From an uncultured delta proteobacterium (lineage in GTDB: Bacteria; Desulfobacterota; Desulfobaccia; Desulfobaccales; 0-14-0-80-60-11), in assembly GCA_963796215.1 (NCBI GenBank), contig CAWCKU010000020.1, forward strand, positions 29,030 to 93,029: 64,000 nucleotides of DNA. Reading direction: 5' to 3'. Every line of letters begins with the position of its first letter. The stretch's first letter is position 1. Both the position numbers and the translations under genes were made by a program. Positions 33,423 through 42,591 of the stretch are shown one piece after another. The notes under the pieces are model-generated. The model had not been told where the DNA came from and did no database searches. It saw only the letters and a program-made list of their open reading frames with translations.

Positions 33423-34120
33423 TGGAGTTTTTTCCAGGCAGAGGGGTCCAAGACCCGCACCAGGGCGACACCCGAAGAAAACGGGAAATCGATCACCTCA
33501 AAATTTTCCTCTTGCCCTTTGATGAACTTCAGCCATTTCTTCACCCCCGCATGCTTGATCAATTCCCGCAGGTAAATGTTGGTATCGTGCAGGAAGATAT
33601 AAGTATTCTTATGTGATTGCTTTAGGACTTCCAAAAAATCGTATTTGACATCTTTATAGGCATGGCTGCCGTCGATGAAAGCCAGATCGATGCCAGGCAG
33701 GTTGAGATTCTGATAGGCTGGGAAAAACTCATCGTTGCGCACTTTGTAATGGGTGACGAGGTTTTCCACCCCAAAGTGTTCAAAATGGGCCTTAACGGAA
33801 GACTCATCCGTCCAGATGCCCCGCCCGCCTACGGTTATGAGGGGCCCATTCTTTAATAAAGAATAAGCGGGATCGACAAAACTCAACTTGCCACGGGTGT
33901 TATCCTTTAACCCCAAGGCCAAGCAGACCACACTGAAACCATATCCTGAGCCGATTACCAAGACATGCTTAGGTCTTAAAGCCCTTACCAACCCGTAATA
34001 AATAAATCCGAAACCTAAATTCAACTCCTTAACCTTTTCATTGTGACCGAATGGTTTGGCAACTTGCAGGATATCTTTGAGAAGATCATGACTTAAGCTA
34101 AAATCTCCCATTAGCCGCAA
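33419..34120 (-). CDS. Class I SAM-dependent methyltransferase (Methyltransf_24-like)
   Basis: LVIGSGYGFS, DLAFIDGSHAY and IFLHD; ATGA overlap with psd. Confidence 0.8.
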   Translation of the reverse strand: MRLMGDFSLSHDLLKDILQVAKPFGHNEKVKELNLGFGFIYYGLVRALRPKHVLVIGSGYGFSVVCLALGLKDNTRGKLSFVDPAYSLLKNGPLITVGGRGIWTDESSVKAHFEHFGVENLVTHYKVRNDEFFPAYQNLNLPGIDLAFIDGSHAYKDVKYDFLEVLKQSHKNTYIFLHDTNIYLRELIKHAGVKKWLKFIKGQEENFEVIDFPFSSGVALVRVLDPSAWKKLH

Positions 34121-34402
34121 CCCCCTTAAATTGGTTTTTGAATGACATAATTAACTAATGCTGGTTATAATTCTCTGCAACTTGAGCAATTACTACCGCT
34201 TTTATATTAAAAACGCATTTCATTTATGTTAAATATTGATTATTGCTTACTTCTAGTAAAAAAAACCGACCTGAGGTTATTGCCTGGCCGGAAAGACTGC
34301 GTATAATTAAGCCTCGGTGAGGGGGGGATAAAGACGGAGGGGAACTGTTTGAATCAAAAGCAAGGAGCGATTTGGGGGGTCGGCGAGCAACCGCGAAGGG
34401 AG

Positions 34403-34753
34403 TTAACCTGAATTCACCTCCACACCATTCGGCAGGCCATTTAGGATAACCTCGCGGACTATGGCGCCGACTTCCTTCCGCAAGGCCCCCAAGCAGGTTT
34501 GCCCTTGCGGGGTGAGCTCGTAATATTTGCGGGCCCGCCCTTTAAAAATCCTGATCCGGGAATGCAGGAGATTGGCCTTTTCGAAGGTGTGCAGCAGGGG
34601 GTAGAGGCTTCCCGGGCTGATCTCATAGCCCTGGTTATGCAAGTATTTGCTCAACTTGCCCCCATAGATCGGCCCCAGACCGGCCTGATGCAGGACAACG
34701 AGTTTGACCATGCCCTGCCAAAATGTATGGGAGATCTGCTTTCCTAAATCCAT
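34403..34753 (-). CDS. PadR-family transcriptional regulator
   Basis: PIYGG...ISPGSLYPLLH...RKYYELTPQG. Confidence 0.88.
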   Translation of the reverse strand: MDLGKQISHTFWQGMVKLVVLHQAGLGPIYGGKLSKYLHNQGYEISPGSLYPLLHTFEKANLLHSRIRIFKGRARKYYELTPQGQTCLGALRKEVGAIVREVILNGLPNGVEVNSG

Positions 34754-34816
34754 ATATCGGATACTGATATATATCTGTTAGGAAATGATTAAGGTCTCAT
34801 TGATTTTTGGTTAAAT
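34754..34816 (-). promoter_or_regulatory. Probable PadR operator (imperfect palindrome ATATCGGATACTGATAT) plus a four-unit 11-bp array
   Basis: Minus strand ATTTAAC-4-AATCAAT-4-CCTTAAT-4-TCCTAAC at 34816-34777. Confidence 0.55.
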
Positions 34817-34859
34817 TATCATTACTTTTTGCCGATCCAAGCCAATATCTTAAAGGAGG

Positions 34860-35159
34860 ATGGCCATGGCCATTTTGGATAACGGTTTTAAGGGCGCGGT
34901 GCCCAGCATTCTGGTGGTGTTAGGGGTGGCCCTGGCGGCCCCCATCGTTCTCCCCGCCGTGGCGGCGGTGTCCCGGCCGTTGGCCAAGACCTTAATCAAG
35001 GGTTATCTGGTCTTGTCCGACATGGCCAAGGAGTTTGCCGCAGAAACCGGCGAGCAGATCAGCGACCTGGTGGCCGAAGTCAAGGCCGAACGCGATGCCG
35101 CCGTGGCAGCTGAGGTGGCGGCTGAGCCGGAAACCAAGCCGGCCAAAGTAAAAAGTTAA
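34860..35159 (+). CDS. DUF5132-like small membrane protein
   Basis: Hydrophobic N-terminus, then RPLAKTLIKG...AETGEQISDLVAEVKAE. Confidence 0.75.
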   Translation: MAMAILDNGFKGAVPSILVVLGVALAAPIVLPAVAAVSRPLAKTLIKGYLVLSDMAKEFAAETGEQISDLVAEVKAERDAAVAAEVAAEPETKPAKVKS

Positions 35160-35180
35160 CGAAAGCTCTGGGAGCCGCGG

Positions 35181-35753
35181 ATGGAAATCGAGGGCCTCAA
35201 AGTCGTCCATGCCCTGCCCGGCCGGGTGCGTCTCAGGGTCGCCAGGGTGAAGGGCAACCCGGCCCTGGCCCGCCAGGCCCAGGAGAGGCTTGCCCAGGTG
35301 CCGGGAATCCGACAGGTTGAGGCCAAACCTGGCACCGGCAGCCTCCTGATCCATTACGACACGGAGCGTTTACTCTCCCTGGCCTCCCTGGAAATCCTGT
35401 CGGCGACCTTGGGGGAACTCTTTCCCGAGATTGAGGTCGCCACTCTGATGGCCGGGCTGTTGTCGCTGACGGAAACCCCCGGCGCTAGGACCGGGTCGGC
35501 CATGGCCGTGGGCATCACCGATTCTTTCGGGGCCATCAATACAAAATTTGGGGAAATTACCGGAGGTCTCGACCTCAAACTACTGGCGCCCCTGGCCTTG
35601 ATCTTCTTCGGCTTACGCGGGCTGTGGATCTCTGAGAAGGTCCTCTCCCCTTCCTGGTCTAACCTGCTCTGGTTTGGCTTTGCCAGCTTTGTCATGCTGA
35701 ATCGCGGCCTGGTGGAAGGAAACAGCGGGGTTCCTGCGGAAAGAAAAGTCTGA
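35181..35753 (+). CDS. HMA2/CoBaHMA-domain protein with C-terminal membrane hairpin
   Basis: VVHALPGRVRLRV...TGSLLIHYD; C-terminal DLKLLAPLAL...PSWSNLLW. Confidence 0.8.
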   Translation: MEIEGLKVVHALPGRVRLRVARVKGNPALARQAQERLAQVPGIRQVEAKPGTGSLLIHYDTERLLSLASLEILSATLGELFPEIEVATLMAGLLSLTETPGARTGSAMAVGITDSFGAINTKFGEITGGLDLKLLAPLALIFFGLRGLWISEKVLSPSWSNLLWFGFASFVMLNRGLVEGNSGVPAERKV

Positions 35754-35863
35754 TTGGCTCAAATTATGGGCGGTTTACCGCAGCATTGCAGGCGGGACCC
35801 TTTTCTTGTTCTTAAAAGGATATTCGAGGTATTCCGCGCCACAGTCCCGGAATTTCACCTCCA

Positions 35864-36052
35864 TCAACCCTGAGGCGCCGAGGGGTTGGCAGAGTAAAGA
35901 TGGCGCAGGGACTGGCCCCTTTTTTCGACTACGCTCCTGATAACCGAATCCTTAACAAGGCTGAAGACCTGGAAAAAAACCAGGGAGCGAAGCCAATAGC
36001 GGACCAGAAAACCCAGGATCGCCCCAATCATCAAGCAGATAACATACCACAT
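35864..36052 (-). CDS. Small membrane protein
   Basis: MWYVICLMIGAILGF; RBS GGGAGG. Confidence 0.5.
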   Translation of the reverse strand: MWYVICLMIGAILGFLVRYWLRSLVFFQVFSLVKDSVIRSVVEKRGQSLRHLYSANPSAPQG

Positions 36053-36076
36053 TGAGCCCTCCCTTGCGGGACCTCC

Positions 36077-36466
36077 TTAAATCAAGGCGCCGACCAGCCG
36101 GCTCAGAGCGACTTCCATCAGGGTGGCCGCCACGGTGGCAGTCACTTTTTCCACCACTCCGTGCGGGGCTGCGGCTGGATTATTTTCGCCGCTACCCCTT
36201 TGACTGGGTTGAGACAGATACCCCACCTCTTTTAAGGAAGAGATGATGTCCTCCTGCTCAATGAGGCGGGAATTGTATAGGATCAGAACGTTCCCGGTGG
36301 TGGGATTGGCGGAAACATACTCGATCCCGGCAGCCTGCCGCAGGTGGCGCTCCACTTCCTGGGCCTTCCTGGCCGACCCCTTAACCTTGGGGACCTTGAT
36401 CCGGAGCCTACCTTCCAGGGCGTGAACATATAAAGAATCCACATTCATGATAGTCAATGCCTCCAA
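36077..36466 (-). CDS. HMA2/CoBaHMA-domain protein
   Basis: YVHALEGRLRIKV...ANPTTGNVLILYN. Confidence 0.8.
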   Translation of the reverse strand: MEALTIMNVDSLYVHALEGRLRIKVPKVKGSARKAQEVERHLRQAAGIEYVSANPTTGNVLILYNSRLIEQEDIISSLKEVGYLSQPSQRGSGENNPAAAPHGVVEKVTATVAATLMEVALSRLVGALI

Positions 36467-36488
36467 TTCAGTCAGTCTGTTGTGGATT

Positions 36489-36544
36489 ATTTTTACCGCT
36501 GAAAGTTATGATTTAATATTATTAATGTTAGAATTTGGTTAATT
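36489..36544 (-). promoter_or_regulatory. Pho-box-like array
   Basis: Minus strand AATTAAC-4-TTCTAAC-4-ATAATAT-4-TCATAAC followed by TAAAAAT. Confidence 0.55.
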
Positions 36545-36751
36545 TTGCCTAATGCCTTAGAGTATCAGGAAAATATCATTTATCCGCCGGGCTTCATTCT
36601 CGGGAAAAACCCTTTCCAAAATATCCGCTATATGGCAAACTATCAACAAATGACTCAATCGCTGCCAGCGTCTGCGCCTCATCATGCCAATCTGCCCTTG
36701 AAAGATGCTGTTTACCTTCATCAACTCCAATTCAATAAAGGAAGGGGGCAC

Positions 36752-38053
36752 ATGAAAAAAATTTATATTTTGGATACCAACGTTTTATTGCACGATCCGG
36801 AATCCTTATTTTCTTTCGAAGACAACTCCATAGTTTTGCCGCTTTCAGTGATTGAGGAATTAGACCGCACCAAGAGGAGGGGGGATGAGGTGGGCAGAAA
36901 TGCCCGGGACGCATCCAGAAAGTTGGATGAATTGAGGCTGACGGGTCGTCTGGCGGAAGGGGTCGAACTCCCCAGCGGCGGCTCCGTCCGTATTGAATTA
37001 AACGGCATCAAAAATTACGACCTGTTGCACGGGGTCGATTTGAACACCGTTGATAATAGAATCCTGGCCCTGGCCTATCATCTCATGAACAGTGAAAATA
37101 GCCCGGTGGTGCTGGTTACCAAGGATTTAAACCTGCGCATCAAGGCAGATGTTCTGGGGCTCTCGACCGAGGATTTCTACAGCGATAAGGTCGATTATTG
37201 TAAGTTATATACCGGCGTCCACGAATTATATCTTTCTCAGCCGGAGATAGACCGGTTCTATCAAGATGGCTGCCTTGATTTTGGTCAGGATAATCTTCAT
37301 CCCCACCAGTTCTGCATCCTTAAGTCCCATGAAAACCCCTCCATCTCGGCCTTGGCAAGGTTTAGTGATAATAAACTCAACAGACTCTCATATGACGGCA
37401 AGATGGTTTACGGCATCAAAGGACTGAATAAGGAGCAGAAATTTGCCCTGGAACTGTTGCTGGATGATCGCATCAAGATCGTCACTTTAGTCGGTAAGGC
37501 CGGGACCGGCAAGACCATCCTGGCGTTGGCTGCCGGTCTGGAAAGAGTTTTTGAGGATAGCGGGAAATACAACCGGTTGCTGATAACCAGGCCGATTGTT
37601 CCGTTAGGCAACGACCTGGGTTACCTTCCCGGAGATAAAGAAGATAAAATCAGGCCCTGGATGCAGCCGATTTATGACAATCTGGAGTTTCTTTGTAATG
37701 AGCATATCCGGCCCAATGGCTCCACGGAATACTTGCTCACCAGCGGCAAGATCGAACTGGAGGCTTTGACTTATATCCGGGGCCGCAGCATCCCTCGCCA
37801 GTTCATTATCTGCGACGAAAGCCAGAATCTCAGCCCCCATGTGATCAAGACCATCCTGACCCGGGTTGGCCGGGGCAGCAAGATCGTCTTCACCGGGGAC
37901 CCGGAACAGATCGACCACCCCTATTTGGACGCCTCTTCCAATGGCTTGAGTTATTTGGTGGAAAGAATCAAAGAAGAAGGAATTTCCGGGCACATCACCC
38001 TGATCAAGGGGGAAAGGTCCGGCGTCGCTGAATTGGGGGCCAGATTGTTATAA
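36752..38053 (+). CDS. PhoH2 (PIN domain plus PhoH ATPase)
   Basis: ILDTNVLLHDP, DNRIL, VTKDLNLRIKA, GKAGTGKT, LGYLPG, YIRGRS, DESQN and GDPEQID. Confidence 0.92.
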   Translation: MKKIYILDTNVLLHDPESLFSFEDNSIVLPLSVIEELDRTKRRGDEVGRNARDASRKLDELRLTGRLAEGVELPSGGSVRIELNGIKNYDLLHGVDLNTVDNRILALAYHLMNSENSPVVLVTKDLNLRIKADVLGLSTEDFYSDKVDYCKLYTGVHELYLSQPEIDRFYQDGCLDFGQDNLHPHQFCILKSHENPSISALARFSDNKLNRLSYDGKMVYGIKGLNKEQKFALELLLDDRIKIVTLVGKAGTGKTILALAAGLERVFEDSGKYNRLLITRPIVPLGNDLGYLPGDKEDKIRPWMQPIYDNLEFLCNEHIRPNGSTEYLLTSGKIELEALTYIRGRSIPRQFIICDESQNLSPHVIKTILTRVGRGSKIVFTGDPEQIDHPYLDASSNGLSYLVERIKEEGISGHITLIKGERSGVAELGARLL

Positions 38054-38182
38054 GTAGTTCGTAGTTCCTTTAGCTACCTCTGTAGGTGATTTTTCCCACC
38101 GGGGTCTTACCGCGATTTCCTCCCCGCAGTCCCTCTATCGTTTGGCGATATATGTCGCCGTATCATTATTGTATGCAGTGAA

Positions 38183-38227
38183 TTTAGACATATCTTTAAC
38201 ACGTTCCTAACATTTTGCGTTTATGCT
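38183..38227 (+). promoter_or_regulatory. Pho-box-like array plus -10
   Basis: TTTAGAC-4-CTTTAAC-4-TCCTAAC-10bp-TATGCT. Confidence 0.62.
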
Positions 38228-38258
38228 GGTTTGGCTAAATTAGAAGAGGAGAACGAAC

Positions 38259-38546
38259 TTGGAGGACATCGAAATCATCGCCTCGCGGCCGGGCCAGCTC
38301 AGTCTGGCCATAGCCAGAGTGAAAGATAATGACGCCCTGGCGCGGGAGGTGGAGTATCGTTTTGGGGCCATCAGTGGGATTCACCAGGTGGAGGCGGACG
38401 CGGTCCAGGGACTGGTGTTGATCGACTATGATAAACAGCGCTTGTCCTCCCTGAGCTTTCTGCTCCAACTGAAGGAGGCCTTTTCCGCCCTATTTCCTGA
38501 AGTCAGCGCCACCCAACTGGCTGCCTCGATAAGTCGCAGTCTTTGA
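38259..38546 (+). CDS. Degenerate HMA2/CoBaHMA-domain protein
   Basis: ARVKDNDALARE...GIHQVEADAVQGLVLIDYD...LFPEV closely parallels the 35181 N-terminus. Confidence 0.7.
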   Translation: MEDIEIIASRPGQLSLAIARVKDNDALAREVEYRFGAISGIHQVEADAVQGLVLIDYDKQRLSSLSFLLQLKEAFSALFPEVSATQLAASISRSL

Positions 38547-38630
38547 AAGTCTTTCTTAACCCCGCCTTGGAGGCCCGTTCGATCGCTGGAAGTATATCTT
38601 TAAATTACTATCTTATAGGTAACCAAATTT

Positions 38631-39320
38631 ATGGAGGTCCTTATGTCCCCCCCGGAAACTAAAGAGAGCAAGGGTATTGGGGAAATGCTGGGCGAAGCCG
38701 GTACCACCGTGAAGGATGGCATCGTCGGCAGCCTCAAGGGTTTGAGCGAGATCGAAGCCCAGATCGTCAGTCTGGCCCGCAACACCGTGACCGACGTCCT
38801 GAAGGGCACCGGCAGTGTGGCCAACGAAACCATCAATGTCAGCAAGGACGTCTTCAAAGGGGCCCTAAAGGCCACTGAAGAAGTCGGCACCAGCCTGCTG
38901 GTGACCACCAAGGACGTGGCTAAGGGCATTCTCCTGGGCGTTGCCGACGTGGGCGGCGATGTAGAGAAGGCCGCCGGCCAACTGGCCAAAGGCGCGGTCA
39001 AAGGCGCCGCGGAAGTCGGTGGAGATGTGGCCCAGGTGGCCAAAAGCGCGGTTACCGGCGTAATCGAAGCTACCCGTGAGATCGGCGGCAATGTGGGCGA
39101 GGCCACGAAATCGGCGGTGGGCGGCGCCATCGAAGCCGCCGGAACCCTGGGGCAGTCGGCGGTCAAGGCCGTCAGCGACATCCTGGTGGGCGCGGTTTCG
39201 GGCCTCAAGGAAGTGGCTTGCGCGGCGTGGCCGAAGTCAAAGGCAGAACCCGAGGCCCCTCCGGAGACCAAGCCGGCCCCCGAAGCCGAGAAAAAGCCGG
39301 TTAAGGGCAAAGGCGAGTAG
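38631..39320 (+). CDS. Gly/Ala/Val-rich protein of about eight tandem 22-aa repeats
   Basis: VAKGILLGVADVGGDVEKAAGQ / LAKGAVKGAAEVGGDVAQVAKS / AVTGVIEATREIGGNVGEATKS and similar units. Confidence 0.8.
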   Translation: MEVLMSPPETKESKGIGEMLGEAGTTVKDGIVGSLKGLSEIEAQIVSLARNTVTDVLKGTGSVANETINVSKDVFKGALKATEEVGTSLLVTTKDVAKGILLGVADVGGDVEKAAGQLAKGAVKGAAEVGGDVAQVAKSAVTGVIEATREIGGNVGEATKSAVGGAIEAAGTLGQSAVKAVSDILVGAVSGLKEVACAAWPKSKAEPEAPPETKPAPEAEKKPVKGKGE

Positions 39321-39523
39321 CGCCACGGCCGCCGGCGGCTCAGTTGGGTAGGGCGAGCGTCCCTGTTCACCGCGGCTGTCTCCATATTGCAATTTCAGAC
39401 TAAATCGGCGGCCCTGGGCCGCCCTGTTGGTAATTTTGGTGCGTAGGGCGCACCCTACGTTTCGTCTTTGTCAGTCCTTACTAGCTACTGACTACTGACT
39501 ACTTGACTACTGGCAACTTTCAG

Positions 39524-42500
39524 ATGGTCGAAGCGATACATACCGCCGTGGCGGGAAGGGCGAGGTTTAAGGTCGAGGGCCTGTACCGCTCAAAGTCCCT
39601 GGAGAAGCAGCTTGAGTGGCGTCTGGCGCGGCTGCAGGATATTTCCCTGGCCTCGGCCAATGCCCTCACCGGCAATGTCCTGGTCTGCTACAATTCAGGC
39701 AACACCCCGCAAACCATCGCCGCCTTAATCGAAGGGATCGTCTCCGAGTGCCAGAGCCAACCCCAACCTGCCCCTTCAGTTCCTGTCCGAGTAAGATCCA
39801 AGGCCGGCGCCGAGCCGGAAGATCAGGCCGGCGTCTTAGACCGGTTCAGGGGCCTCTTTACCTATCCGGCGGAGCAGCCGGCGGAGCCCTGGCATCGGCT
39901 GGAAGCCGAGGCGGCGTTAGCCAAGTGGCAGACTTCCCGGGAAACGGGTTTATCCCTCCAGGCTGTCCAGAGAAATCGCCAGAAATACGGCTCTAATATT
40001 CTGCCGGAAGCCGAGCCCCGATCCGGTTGGGAAATTTTTTTGAGTCAATTCAACTCCCTCCCGGTGGCCCTCCTGGGCGCGGCCGCGGGTCTTTCCATCG
40101 TCACCGGGGGGATGGTCGACGCCGTGCTGATCATGGGCGTGGTGGTCGCCAATGCCTTCATCGGCTATAAAACCGAAAGCGAATCCGAAAAGACCATTCG
40201 CTCCCTGCAAACCCTGGTGCGGCCCGCAGCCCTGGTCATCCGGGAAGGCCGGTTTGGCGAAATCCCTTCCGAAGAAGTGACCCCGGGAGACCTCCTGGTA
40301 CTCCGTCCCGGCAGCTATGTGGCTGCTGATGCGCGCTTGCTAGAGGCCAGCCACCTGTCCGTGGATGAGTCGGCTCTGACCGGGGAAAGCCTGCCGGTAA
40401 CTAAAAACCCCCAGGTCTTGGAACAAGAAAACATCCCCCTGGGAGATCGGCTCAACCTGGTCTTTATGGGCACTCTGGTTACCGGCGGCGAAGGTCTGGC
40501 GGTGGTGGTGGCCACCGGAAGTTATACCGAAATCGGCCTGATCCAGTCTCTGATCGGCGAAGCTTCCAGCCCGGAGACCCCCCTGGAAAGACAGCTTGGC
40601 CAGTTGGGCGACCAACTGGTCCTGCTCTGCCTTGGCATCTCCGGAGTGGTGTTTGTCATGGGGTTCGCCTGGGGCTATGGTTGGTTGGAGATGCTGCGCA
40701 CCTCTATCTGCCTGGCTGCGGCCGCGGTGCCGGAAGGCCTGCCCGCCGCGGCCACCACCACCCTGGCCCTGGGCATCCGGGACATGCGCAAGCACCATGT
40801 CTTGATCCGCCATCTGAATGCGGTGGAGACCTTAGGGGCGGTGCAGACCGTTTGCCTGGATAAGACCGGGACCATCACCCGCAATCAGATGTCCGTGCTC
40901 CAGATCTTTACCGGCATGAAGACCATCCGCGTGGCGGAGAATGGGCAATTCAGTGGGCCGGAAGGGCTGATTGAACCTTTTACCTGTGAAGAACTGGAAC
41001 AACTCCTCCAGATTTCCGTGCTGTGCAACGAAATTGAAATTTATCAGGAAGGCGGGGATTATGTCCTGCGGGGGACCCCCACGGAAGGCGCCCTGGTGCA
41101 CCTGGCGATCCTGGTGGGCCTCGACGTCACTGACCTGAGGGCGCGCTATCCCTTGCTGAGGGTGAATCACCGCTCGGAAAACCGCCTGTTTATGGGCACG
41201 CTGCATGATGATCCACCCGCCGGGAAACTTTCTGCCCTCAAAGGCAGCCCGCTGGAAGTTCTGGCCATGTGCTCCTGGCATCTCCAGGATGGCCGGAAAT
41301 TGCCGCTAACCGAGGAAGACCTGCAGCGCATCGAGGCTGAGAACGAGGAGATGGCGGGGCGGGCCCTGCGGGTCCTGGGGCTGGCCTATGCCCTGGGTCC
41401 TGATGAGTCCGTCTTTGAGGAGCTTGACGGCCTGGTCTGGCTGGGCATGGTGGGCATGGCCGATCCCATCCGGGAGGGGGTGGGCGAAGCGATCCGGGCC
41501 TTCCACCGGGCGGGGATCGAGACGGTGATGATCACCGGCGACCAGAGTCCCACCGCCCAGGCCATCGGCCAGGAACTGGACCTGAGCCAGGGGGACCCCT
41601 TGGAAATCCTGGACGCCACCCATCTGGCGGAGATCGAGCCGGATGTCTTGCGGGCCCTGGTCAAGAGGGCCCAGGTCTTTGCCCGCGTCAGCCCATCCCA
41701 TAAGCTGCAGATCGTCCAGGCCTTGCAGGGGGCCGGCAAGGTGGTGGCCATGACCGGCGACGGCATCAACGACGGCCCGGCCCTCAAGGCAGCGGACGTG
41801 GGCATTGCCATGGGCCGGACCGGCACCGATATCGCCCGGGAAGTGGCGGACGTGGTCCTGGAGAAAGACAACCTCGATACCCTGATCATCGCCATCCGGG
41901 ATGGCCGCACCATTTATCTTAATATCAGAAAGTCGGTGCATTTTTTCCTGGCCACCAATCTGAGTGAAATCATGTTGACCTTTACGGCCATTGCCGTGGG
42001 ACTGGGGTCGCCGCTGACCGCGGCCCAGCTCCTATGGATTAACCTGATCTCCGACATCTTCCCCGGATTGGCCCTGGCCATGGAGGCGCCGGAGCCCGAT
42101 ATCCTGGAGCGCCCGCCCCGCGATCCCCAAAGACCGATTTTCACCGGCTGCGGACTTCAAGAGGATGGCCTTTGAGTCCGGGGCGATCACCGCCGGGGCT
42201 CTTGGGGCTTATGGCTATGGCATGATGCGCTACGGGGGAGCCGCGGCCAGTACCATGGCCTTTCATAGCCTCACTACCGGGCAGCTTCTCCACGCCATCA
42301 GTTGCCGCTCGGAAACCCACACCATTTTTAGTCCCGGAGAAATTGCCTCCCAACCGGTACCTGACTATGGCCCTGGGGGGCTCATTGGTCATGCAATTCT
42401 TGACCATGGTGGTTCCCGGACTGAGAAGTCTGTTGGGTCTGGCTCCGGTGGGCCTCCTGGATGGCCTGGTAATTTCCGGCACCGCCTTGCTCCCCTTGGT

Positions 42501-42591
42501 GGTGAATGAAGCTACCAAAAAACCACCGGTTAATGGGGTAAATGAGGTCCAGGAATCCAGCCTCGGAGTGAGCCAAAAAAGGACTCATTGA
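39524..42591 (+). CDS. P2A-type (Ca2+/Mn2+-like) P-type ATPase with N-terminal HMA2/CoBaHMA domain (frameshifts near 42145 and 42340)
   Basis: IHTAVAGRARFKV N-domain; TGES, VPEGL, DKTGT, GDGIND, M5 TNLSE and M6 WINLISD. Confidence 0.9.

Noticed and set aside
39524..42591. Heavy-metal P1B ATPase or true FezB
   Set aside because: M4 is PEGL with P2A-type M5/M6 residues, not a CPx/CAL-type motif, and the N-domain lacks CxxC
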